From positions 26,216-90,215 of the forward strand of contig CAYUFM010000001.1 in NCBI GenBank assembly GCA_964444225.1: DNA of 64,000 nt. Reading direction: 5' to 3'. The stretch comes from an uncultured Candidatus Saccharibacteria bacterium. GTDB lineage: Bacteria > Patescibacteriota > Saccharimonadia > Saccharimonadales > 2-12-FULL-41-12. This document shows, piece after piece, positions 37,257 through 45,357 of the stretch; within the stretch, counting starts at the first letter, position 1, and the number at the start of each line of letters is the position of its first letter. A model generated the notes under the pieces. It did not search any database. It saw only the letters and a list, made by a program, of their open reading frames with translations, and was not told the origin of the DNA. A program made the position numbers and the translations under genes.

Positions 37257-37264
37257 TGTAAAGT

Positions 37265-38716
37265 ATGAATAATCATAAAACCCCAGAACGGGCAACTTTT
37301 ATGTGTCCGGGCACAGATGAATGTCGAGCTTTATGTCAAGCCTTAGGCAGACAAGGTCTAGATGCCACTGATCTAGGAGTTGCCGGTAGTTGTGGTGTGC
37401 CGGAATTATTAGTATCCGACGGGCAAACAACACATGTCAATGGCTTAGAAGGTCAGCTTGCTGACAAACTTGCTTCTGGGCTAGCAAATCATCTAGCTCG
37501 TTATCATGAAGATCAGACAGAACGCGAAGCAATAGCCACAGTAAAGGTTGACTATAGGGCCGTTTTTGAAGCTAGAAACAATATGTTCAGCGCAATGTTG
37601 AGTGCCACCAAGGCAGGTCAGAGGTTTACGGCTGAAGAATTAGAATTTTATGAAAATCAAACCAAACAAGCAGAAGCACAATTAGCAAAAACTGCGGAAG
37701 GCCGAGATTCATTAGAAGTAGTATTAGGCCAGGCGTCATTTGATGCAGAAGTATTGGCAGAAACTGGCTTAGTTTTTGACCCACAAATGGTTAATAATAT
37801 TCAAAGAATTGTCACTAATACCGTAAACGGAAAACCAACTCTAGTAACCGGCAATAAAGGCATAGCCAAAACAGCCGCCTTTAAGTATGTCAGCCGACTA
37901 ATCGCCCCAGATAAAGCACCCTTGATAATTAGTGGGCACGGTGACATGATGACTCACGAGTTGATTGGCAGGACTGACCAAGACCCCGATAGTGATGAGC
38001 TAAAGTTAAAATTCAAAGATGGCAAGATAATTAAGGCCATGCGCGAAGGTAGGCCGGTTCTTTTAGACGAAGTAAACGTGGCCGATCAATCAGTTATGAT
38101 GCGTCTAAACGATATTATGCTTATGCGACCAGGCGATAAAATTGTCTTGCAAGAAAATGGAGATGAAGAAATCGAAATTCAGCCCGGTTTCTGTATATAT
38201 ATGACAGCAAATATCGGGCAAAGATACTCGGCACGTCAAGAGCTGGATACAGCTTTTAAAGACAGGGCAGATATAATTAAGTGTGATTACCCCGACACGT
38301 CCAGACAACCTTTAGGAGATAATATGCCAATAACTCTCAGACATGCATTTGCCATGGCTACAGATACAGACGGACGTCTTAGCCCGCACATTAATCCGGA
38401 TGAGCTGGTCAAGCTAGCTCGTTATGCACATGTATCCCAGCAGTTATACTCTCAACCATCCAAGAATGTAGCCGATGCACTCACCGGAATAAACTTTGCA
38501 GATAGAAGTGCCTTAACTTCCTATGTTGATGATGAGCCTGTTATGTCTGATTGTATAACTCCACGGTCAATGTTTGAGGCTATAGCCAATGCTAAACATG
38601 GCAACCGGCCAGGTGTAAGTTTAGTAAGCGAAATTGAACGCTTAGTTAGTGCACTCGACAATGAAGGCAGTTATAACGCAGATGTGCTGAATAAGGTGCT
38701 GATCAAGGTGCTTTAA
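37265..38716 (+). CDS. MoxR/CbbQ/NorQ-type AAA+ ATPase with a Cys-rich N-terminal extension
   Basis: Walker A GNKGIAKT, Walker B VLLDEVN, then SVMMRLNDIML, FCIYMTANIG, LDTAFKDRADIIKCDYP (AAA_5 pattern). About 190-aa N-terminal region with CPGTDEC...C...C. The start may be Met-13 (37301). Confidence 0.75.
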   Translation: MNNHKTPERATFMCPGTDECRALCQALGRQGLDATDLGVAGSCGVPELLVSDGQTTHVNGLEGQLADKLASGLANHLARYHEDQTEREAIATVKVDYRAVFEARNNMFSAMLSATKAGQRFTAEELEFYENQTKQAEAQLAKTAEGRDSLEVVLGQASFDAEVLAETGLVFDPQMVNNIQRIVTNTVNGKPTLVTGNKGIAKTAAFKYVSRLIAPDKAPLIISGHGDMMTHELIGRTDQDPDSDELKLKFKDGKIIKAMREGRPVLLDEVNVADQSVMMRLNDIMLMRPGDKIVLQENGDEEIEIQPGFCIYMTANIGQRYSARQELDTAFKDRADIIKCDYPDTSRQPLGDNMPITLRHAFAMATDTDGRLSPHINPDELVKLARYAHVSQQLYSQPSKNVADALTGINFADRSALTSYVDDEPVMSDCITPRSMFEAIANAKHGNRPGVSLVSEIERLVSALDNEGSYNADVLNKVLIKVL

Positions 38717-38717
38717 C

Positions 38718-39209
38718 ATGTCCCTCGAAGCCCTCCGCAAAACTAACCCAGATCTGCTAACTCCAGGTATGGTTAAAGCTACACTAGGTAACTTAGGATT
38801 ATCATCTGCCGATAAACTAGCCCAGGCCGAAAGTCTGGGCAGTGATGCCAATGCCCTAGCTCCAGCTCCAGTTCCAGGGTCTGTATCTCTAGACATGATC
38901 CCAGGCTCAGAAACTAGACAAAGCTTTGAGCACTTCCTGTCTAGTACAGAACGATTATTCGCTCGGATAGGTATAACTCCCCCTGATGTTGATACAATAG
39001 TTAACTCAGGTATAGACTTTGTATACCTAGGTCATGAATACCAACACATGAAGACAGAAGGTCTAGAGCCAAGACTAGTCCTAGCACCCTATGGTTTAAC
39101 CGTAGATCACTGGAAAGAACTCTACAAGAAGCTTGAAGACGACCCAATTGTTAATCCAATTCCAGCCAGTGGCAAAGAAGAAGACAAGAGGATTAGGGAT
39201 GGTGGTCTA
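38718..39209 (+). repeat. inverted repeat arm B (492 bp)
   Basis: See arm A. A further 300 bp or so continues at roughly 90% identity before the sequences diverge completely. Confidence 0.9.
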
Positions 39210-39626
39210 CACATTGACAATAGAGTGGCTATCAACTGGACAGAGCTAGCCATGCAGATACCTAAAGCCACCCTAGCCATTAAAAGCCCAATCTCAAACG
39301 CTAGCCACCCAACAAATCTATGGACTCTAAGGCTTATCCCAGCTACGGATAGGCCTCAGATCCTAGGCACTAGTCATAATCAATACGCACCAGTAATAGT
39401 ACAACACACCACCATCCCAGAGTACCTAAGTCTCCAAGCTAGCCTACTGCAAGACTGCCAAGCACTAGTAGACCCACATACCTGGTCCTGGCTAGACGGA
39501 ACATACAATGGAGGTACGACTGCCCCAGGTGGTGGCTGGAGCTCTGCTGGAGGGTGGGTGAATGTAGGCTGGTGTAAGACCGATGATAAGCACGATGAGC
39601 TTGGTACTCGTCCTCCGAGATGGTGA
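38718..39626 (+). CDS. hypothetical protein, paralog B (302 aa), distal gene of the AAA operon
   Basis: ATG lies 1 nt after the AAA gene stop. N-terminal 164 aa identical to paralog A. Gly/Trp-rich unique C-terminus. Confidence 0.6.
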   Translation: MSLEALRKTNPDLLTPGMVKATLGNLGLSSADKLAQAESLGSDANALAPAPVPGSVSLDMIPGSETRQSFEHFLSSTERLFARIGITPPDVDTIVNSGIDFVYLGHEYQHMKTEGLEPRLVLAPYGLTVDHWKELYKKLEDDPIVNPIPASGKEEDKRIRDGGLHIDNRVAINWTELAMQIPKATLAIKSPISNASHPTNLWTLRLIPATDRPQILGTSHNQYAPVIVQHTTIPEYLSLQASLLQDCQALVDPHTWSWLDGTYNGGTTAPGGGWSSAGGWVNVGWCKTDDKHDELGTRPPRW

Positions 39627-39692
39627 GTTGATATTTAAACTTTTACTTATTTTGAGCTTTTAACTTTACTCTTTTAATTTTAAACTGGACGT

Positions 39693-40976
39693 ATGCATGT
39701 TTATTTTATTGGTATTGGCGGAACCGCTATTGGACCTTTAGCACTAATCGCCCACCAAATGGGTTATCGGACGTCCGGGTCTGACAAGCAAGATTCTAAT
39801 TATATTCATTATCTTGCAAAGCAAGGCATAACATCTGTGAGCATCAGTAATGATGATAAAAATATCCAAAAAGCCCACGACGAAAATCCAATAGACTGGG
39901 TTGTTTATTCTTCTGCTGTACCAATAGAAAATCCAGACCACCCAGAAATTGTTTTTGCCAAGAAAAACAACATCAGACACAGCAAACGTGACGAACTTTT
40001 AAACAAAATATTGGAAGATTCCGGAAAAAAGTTAATTGCTATAGCCGGCACCCATGGCAAGACTACTACAACAGCAATGACTATATGGCTTATGAAAGAG
40101 CTTGGACTGCCGGTTAGCTACTCGGTTGGCGCCAAGATTCCTTTTGGCGACATGGGTCACTATGATGAACAGTCAGAGTATTTTGTTTACGAGTGTGACG
40201 AATTTGACTATAACTTCTTGGCCTTCCATCCTCACATAAGCCTAATCACTGGAATAGATTATGATCACCACGATATTTTCCCGACACGCGAACACTACGT
40301 TGATGCATTTAAAAAATTTATGAGTCAGTCTGCTCGTAATGTTATATGGGGATCTGACATAACTAAAAATGACCTAAAGATAGATGATAATGACATAATA
40401 CTAGACGATAAAGATATTTTACTTAACGAGTTAAGTATTGTGGGAGAGGTTAATCGGCGTAATGCACTCCAGGTAATGCACGGACTTTCTTCGCTAATTG
40501 GCCGACCTGTGAGCGATTTTATCGATATTTTAGAGCACTTCCCTGGGCTGAGTAGACGGTTCGAAAAACTAACTGGAAATTTATACACCGACTACGCTCA
40601 CACTCCACCGAAAATTGCCGGATGTCTTCAGTTGGCGCAAGAAGTTTCTAGCAATGTTGTGGTGGTGTACGAGCCTCTTACAAACAGGCGTCAGCACTTT
40701 ATTAAAGAAGAATATAAGGATTTATTTAAAGGGATCAAGAGACTTTACTGGGTACCAAGCTACCTCGCCCGTGAGGATCCTAAGCAAGCCTTGTTAAGTC
40801 CAGAGCAATTGATACAAGAACTAGCTAACAAAGAAATTGCCGAACCGGCCGAACTAGATGACAGTCTAAAAAAATCTATAGAAAAACACTTGAAAGATGG
40901 TGATTTGGTGGTTTGCATGTCCGGTGGCGGTGGAAATTCACTGGACGAATGGCTCCGCAAAAACTTTAATAATTAA
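39693..40976 (+). CDS. murC: UDP-N-acetylmuramate--L-alanine ligase
   Basis: YFIGIGGTAIGPLA (N-terminal Rossmann), ATP site IAIAGTHGKTTTTAM, Mur ligase middle and C-terminal domains. Confidence 0.8.
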   Translation: MHVYFIGIGGTAIGPLALIAHQMGYRTSGSDKQDSNYIHYLAKQGITSVSISNDDKNIQKAHDENPIDWVVYSSAVPIENPDHPEIVFAKKNNIRHSKRDELLNKILEDSGKKLIAIAGTHGKTTTTAMTIWLMKELGLPVSYSVGAKIPFGDMGHYDEQSEYFVYECDEFDYNFLAFHPHISLITGIDYDHHDIFPTREHYVDAFKKFMSQSARNVIWGSDITKNDLKIDDNDIILDDKDILLNELSIVGEVNRRNALQVMHGLSSLIGRPVSDFIDILEHFPGLSRRFEKLTGNLYTDYAHTPPKIAGCLQLAQEVSSNVVVVYEPLTNRRQHFIKEEYKDLFKGIKRLYWVPSYLAREDPKQALLSPEQLIQELANKEIAEPAELDDSLKKSIEKHLKDGDLVVCMSGGGGNSLDEWLRKNFNN

Positions 40977-41323
40977 CGGTTATCGCCTTCAGATTTGATG
41001 ACATCTCTTTTTTCTCGGTCGGCTAGTTTATCTAAATTATTTTGTGCAACAGATTCCAGATCAGACCCGAGGTAACTACTGAGGCTAGCAATATACCACA
41101 GGACATCACCAAGTTCCTTAAGAATTTCTACACGTTCATTCTCGCTCATTATTCCATCATTGTTGCGGATTATTTTTTTAATTTTCTCAGCAAATTCACC
41201 AGACTCACCAACTAGACCTAATACTTTGGCTAAAAATGCCATTTCTGTAACGGGGACCACTGCTTCTTGGCGCAGAAAGCTATCTGTAGCTAAAGCTTGT
41301 TTTTGATAATCGTTCAATTCCAC
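40973..41323 (-). CDS. MazG-like nucleotide pyrophosphohydrolase (small all-alpha NTP-PPase)
   Basis: GESGEFAE...ELGDVLWYIASLSSYLGSDLE matches the MazG EExxE/D motifs. Confidence 0.6.
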   Translation of the reverse strand: MELNDYQKQALATDSFLRQEAVVPVTEMAFLAKVLGLVGESGEFAEKIKKIIRNNDGIMSENERVEILKELGDVLWYIASLSSYLGSDLESVAQNNLDKLADREKRDVIKSEGDNR

Positions 41324-41372
41324 AGATTTCTCCTTTACTGCTAATACTTAAACACCCTATACTACTATTGTA

Positions 41373-42278
41373 ATGGATGAAGTAATCTTTTTTTCACTAA
41401 ACGAAAAACTCAATGATTTTTGGGATAAATTTGCATCCTGGATGAATGATCATGGATACCAAATAATCTTGGTTTTACTCCTTGCATATATTGTTAAAAA
41501 ATTTAGCACTCAAATAATCATGAAAGTTCTGGAGAAAAGTGTCAGACTTGACCTATACCCTACTAAGTCTGACCGCTCTAAGCGACTTAAAACACTAGGA
41601 AGCATGATAGGTGCAATTGCTAGAGTAGCAGTAACCGTAATCGCAGGCATTATGATAATCTCAGAACTTGGACTTAACACAACACCAGTCATAGCCAGTG
41701 CCGGAGTGCTGGGACTTGCCCTTGGGTTTGGCGCCCAAAGCTTAATCAAAGACCTTACTAGTGGACTATTTATCATCACAGAGAATCAATATAGAGTCGG
41801 TGACTACGTTGAAATTAACAACCAAATCAGAGGTATTGTTACGGCTATAACTATCCGGACAACTGTGTTAAGAAATCTGGATGGAACCTTGTATCACATT
41901 CCGAATGGCACTATCATATTTACCGCAAACAAAACCATGAGCTATGGTGGAATTGCCGATGAGCTAGTTCTGCCTACCGATGTCGATATCCAGAAATTAT
42001 CAGTAATTATCGACCGAGTCAGCAACGATCTTATGAACAATCCAGAAATAGCCAAAAAGATAAAAGAACCACCAAAATTAAATCAAGTATTAGGCCTGGA
42101 TAAGGATGGGGTTCGGGTTAATATTGTCGGACGTACTGGTAGCGATAACGCATTTGAGATTAAGGACTTGTTTTACAGAGGCTTAATAAAGGAACTAAGC
42201 AAAGCCAAAATTAAAATTTCTGGCGTTCCGCCAGTCCAGCCATCACCGGCAGTAGCAAAAGACCAGAAAAAAATTTGA
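41373..42278 (+). CDS. mechanosensitive ion channel MscS family
   Basis: TM3-like GFGAQSLIKDLTSGLFII followed by a beta domain (YRVGDYVEINNQIRGIVTAITIRTTVLRNLDGTLYHIPNG). Confidence 0.8.
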   Translation: MDEVIFFSLNEKLNDFWDKFASWMNDHGYQIILVLLLAYIVKKFSTQIIMKVLEKSVRLDLYPTKSDRSKRLKTLGSMIGAIARVAVTVIAGIMIISELGLNTTPVIASAGVLGLALGFGAQSLIKDLTSGLFIITENQYRVGDYVEINNQIRGIVTAITIRTTVLRNLDGTLYHIPNGTIIFTANKTMSYGGIADELVLPTDVDIQKLSVIIDRVSNDLMNNPEIAKKIKEPPKLNQVLGLDKDGVRVNIVGRTGSDNAFEIKDLFYRGLIKELSKAKIKISGVPPVQPSPAVAKDQKKI

Positions 42279-42282
42279 ATAC

Positions 42283-42633
42283 TTAAGAAATCTGAGCGTA
42301 GACCACGAGCCCAACAAGAACTAAACAGACAAATATAGCTGTTCCGATAGCCACTCCTGGACCAGCGGGTGCTTTGGGTTGATCTTTCTGGACGATTTTG
42401 TCATCTTTTTTCTGTTTCTTTTTTGGTTTATCATCTGGCTTGATGCCATCGCTAACAGGTGTTGATTGATCATTGGGAACTTCTTGAGCTTTTATAACGT
42501 CTACTACGGCTGGAGTGGTCGACTCTGGCAAAGGTGCCTGTGAAACAATTTCTGATTTCGGAGCCTCAGTAGGTTTCTCTACAACTCTAGCCTCAGGCTC
42601 AGGGGGCGGCCGTTTAATAATATCGTTTTGCAT
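42283..42633 (-). CDS. Pro/Lys-rich protein with a C-terminal TM anchor, hypothetical
   Basis: Low-complexity N-terminal region and C-terminal helix AIGTAIFVCLVLVGLVVY. Confidence 0.4.
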   Translation of the reverse strand: MQNDIIKRPPPEPEARVVEKPTEAPKSEIVSQAPLPESTTPAVVDVIKAQEVPNDQSTPVSDGIKPDDKPKKKQKKDDKIVQKDQPKAPAGPGVAIGTAIFVCLVLVGLVVYAQIS

Positions 42634-42639
42634 CTTATC

Positions 42640-42900
42640 CCAATTTTACCATAAGCACATTAAGTACCGACACCAAATCTACTTTAAATATTAATATGAA
42701 AAGAAAGCGAATTTATTTTAACCTGCCACAGGTTTCACGGACTCCTCGCTTGAATTGGTTTCAGTGCGACCAGGAAGCACGAAGCAAGTCGTACATCAGG
42801 TACGGCGAAGCGAGTACTGGACAGGGCAAGCTGAAAATAATCAATAAGCTAGCGGTGTTTCATGCTCCGCATGAAAGCAGGCTAGCTGGCGAGGGGTGCG
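42640..42900. ncRNA. candidate structured RNA (unassigned) in a GC-rich intergenic island
   Basis: About 265 nt, visibly GC-richer than the flanks. Nested hairpins, for example GCTAGC-GGTG-TTTCATGC-TCC-GCATGAAA-GCAGG-CTAGC and CGTAC-ATCAG-GTACG. The overlapping 81-aa ORF shows no protein-like features. Confidence 0.3.
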
Positions 42901-42903
42901 TGA

Positions 42904-45138
42904 CTAAAAGTAGTACCAGCGGTCAATCCCTACCGTATTAGTAACATCTCGTATCTTCTTTGGTGAGCCACTACCAAGGCTTACGACGTAATCTGCTACT
43001 TCTGTACCGTCGGCTATTCTGTATACCAAGTGAGTGTCATCAAGCCAATAGATTGGGTTTTTAATACCGTTTTCTGTAATCAACACATCGTCTGTCTTCT
43101 TCTCAATATTATAGCCAAGCAGTACAGACTTGCCGTCTCTTTCATCAACCCATAGGCTTTGCTGAGCATTAGGACTATTTACATAGATCCTGGACTTCAG
43201 AACAGATGGCGCGCCACCAACTTTTTTAACTTCATCATTAACTAGATTTACTTCGTACCAATCTTGTCCAACCGACACACTAAATTTATCATATGCAGTT
43301 CTAAACATATTCCAGACTTCTTTGTCGTAAACAGTTTTCTTATTGCTACCATCTGCATTAATCTTATATAGTCCAACTTTTCCGTTAACTCTGTAGACGG
43401 CTGGACTGTAATAAATTACACCTTTGACAGAGACTACATCATTGAAGTAATTAGTACTAGCAAGTTCTTTTTCGGTGCCTTTTTCGACGTCATAACTCAT
43501 AATTTTGTGGCGATTTACATTGGCTTCACTGGCGCCTTCAGTTATTTTGACGTATACAAGGTGGTCGCCAGACCAGTCAACGAGCTGAATTCTTTCAGAA
43601 GTAGCGACCTTCACAACTTCATTGGTATCCATGTAAATTAAATTAAGCGTTGTCAGCAAAAATCCATCTTTGTTACGAGCATTCTCTCTAGTAGAAGCAA
43701 AGGCTACAACCGGCTTGTTTGGATGGGCTGCTAAACTTAAAGACTCTTCCTTCTCTATGCCGGTTGCGGATAATATCACCTTTTCGTTTTTGCCATCTAT
43801 ATCCGCCTTATATAGATCAAATTTACCGTTTTGCTTAGACACAAAAACATGAGGCTTAGCCGGCACTAACGCTATGTTAACCTTTTCTTTTGTATCAACA
43901 TTTACCTTAATTTTTTCTTCACGATAATTTTTTGCATTTACTGTTACCTCAATTTCGTCTTCTTGAACCGCAGGAACAGTTAACACCGCCTCACCGCTTG
44001 CGTTAAAGTTTGCACTAGAGTCACCAAAGTTAACCTCAGCCTCAGTGATTGGTTTTTCGGACACATAGTCTTTTGCTACAAAAGTTATCTGAGTGCCGGT
44101 AGGGACTAGACGCTGTTCTCCTAGAGGATTGCTACCCCAGCCCAGTGTTATAGTTTTCTTAATCTCTGCAAAGGCTGTTTTTTTAATAACAATTTCTTGC
44201 TTACCTAGTTTTACTTTTTCTAATACAGCCACACCATTAGAATCGGTCTTGGACGTCTTGCCGTTTACTATAAGTTCAACATTCTTTAAGGGTAGGTTTG
44301 TTTTGTCGTCTATGGCTTTTATTGAAGCAGAGACTCTGACTCCAGCTGTGTTAAGTACAAAATATCTAGAGCTTGGTAAGACGGCAGCGGCAGCAATAAT
44401 CAAAAGTAGCCCAAAAATGGTCAACATCCTGTATAGAGGATTAGAAAACCAAGCCTTAAAGAAACTACCACGAGGTTTTTTAGGGCTTTTTGCTTTAACG
44501 ACCTTTGCAACAACTGGCTCTGATTTTTCTATCTTGCTGTCTTCTACTTCAAGGAGTTTATCTGCATCCTCTGCGACAATCTCCTCAATTGCCTGACCTA
44601 GGCGAGCATCATCCATCGGAGTATTTTCTGCTAATTCTCCGATTGATTTTGTTTTATCAAGTTCTGCATCTTCAAAGTCAGGGGCTGCGATCACATCTGG
44701 ATCCGTCGTAAGATCTATTAGTTCTGAGTCAAGTGGGCTCTCTCCGCCCGATTCTTCTTCAGGGGTTTTTATTTCTTCTTCTGAGCCTTCGGCGACTTCC
44801 TCGACTTCTTCGGGCTCATTCTCTTCACTAACATTCAATTCTTCAACTTCCTCTACGGCTTCTTCCTCTGGATCATCGAAATGTCTTATATCAATTTTTT
44901 TACTATCAGACGTCCCAGACTTTACTACATCAGCCGGCAACTCTTCTGTTGGTAAGAGAGGCGCTGTTGATACAGGGCCATCTTTTATGATGTCTGGGTG
45001 AGAATCTTCTGTCTCTCCTACTATCTCCGATTCATCCACCTCCATGTATTCAGCGACTTTTTTCTGAACTTCAGGATCAACAACTTGACCTAAAAAGGTA
45101 AGCTCTTCACTATTATCAGATTTTTTTGATTTTGCCAT
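42904..45138 (-). CDS. membrane-anchored protein with acidic cytoplasmic N-terminus and extracytoplasmic TolB-like beta-propeller repeats
   Basis: About 200-aa Asp/Glu-rich N-terminus, one TM (LTIFGLLLIIAAAAVL), Ig-like/carboxypeptidase-regulatory-like segment, then PD40-like repeats (KQNGKFDLYKADIDGKNEKVI, LYKINADGSNKKTVY). Confidence 0.5.
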   Translation of the reverse strand: MAKSKKSDNSEELTFLGQVVDPEVQKKVAEYMEVDESEIVGETEDSHPDIIKDGPVSTAPLLPTEELPADVVKSGTSDSKKIDIRHFDDPEEEAVEEVEELNVSEENEPEEVEEVAEGSEEEIKTPEEESGGESPLDSELIDLTTDPDVIAAPDFEDAELDKTKSIGELAENTPMDDARLGQAIEEIVAEDADKLLEVEDSKIEKSEPVVAKVVKAKSPKKPRGSFFKAWFSNPLYRMLTIFGLLLIIAAAAVLPSSRYFVLNTAGVRVSASIKAIDDKTNLPLKNVELIVNGKTSKTDSNGVAVLEKVKLGKQEIVIKKTAFAEIKKTITLGWGSNPLGEQRLVPTGTQITFVAKDYVSEKPITEAEVNFGDSSANFNASGEAVLTVPAVQEDEIEVTVNAKNYREEKIKVNVDTKEKVNIALVPAKPHVFVSKQNGKFDLYKADIDGKNEKVILSATGIEKEESLSLAAHPNKPVVAFASTRENARNKDGFLLTTLNLIYMDTNEVVKVATSERIQLVDWSGDHLVYVKITEGASEANVNRHKIMSYDVEKGTEKELASTNYFNDVVSVKGVIYYSPAVYRVNGKVGLYKINADGSNKKTVYDKEVWNMFRTAYDKFSVSVGQDWYEVNLVNDEVKKVGGAPSVLKSRIYVNSPNAQQSLWVDERDGKSVLLGYNIEKKTDDVLITENGIKNPIYWLDDTHLVYRIADGTEVADYVVSLGSGSPKKIRDVTNTVGIDRWYYF

Positions 45139-45357
45139 TGTTTTTATTATAAATGCTTCTAGGTAAAGAATACCAGAAAATGCTAGTGTTTTCTAGAGAG
45201 AAAGGCGGTTTATGTCTTGAGAACGTAGGATTGCTTCTTTTACGCTAGTTTTTGTGGAACCAGCCTTTCGTGCAGATTGCTTTGCTAGTGTATTTATTGA
45301 GCTCAGAACTAAAGTCAATTCTTCTTAAAAAGTCGGTTTATCGGATATAATTATGAT

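Noticed and set aside
42696-42941. 81-aa plus-strand ORF
   Set aside because: It lies entirely within a GC-rich, hairpin-dense intergenic island and has no SD. It is treated as a candidate RNA rather than a CDS.
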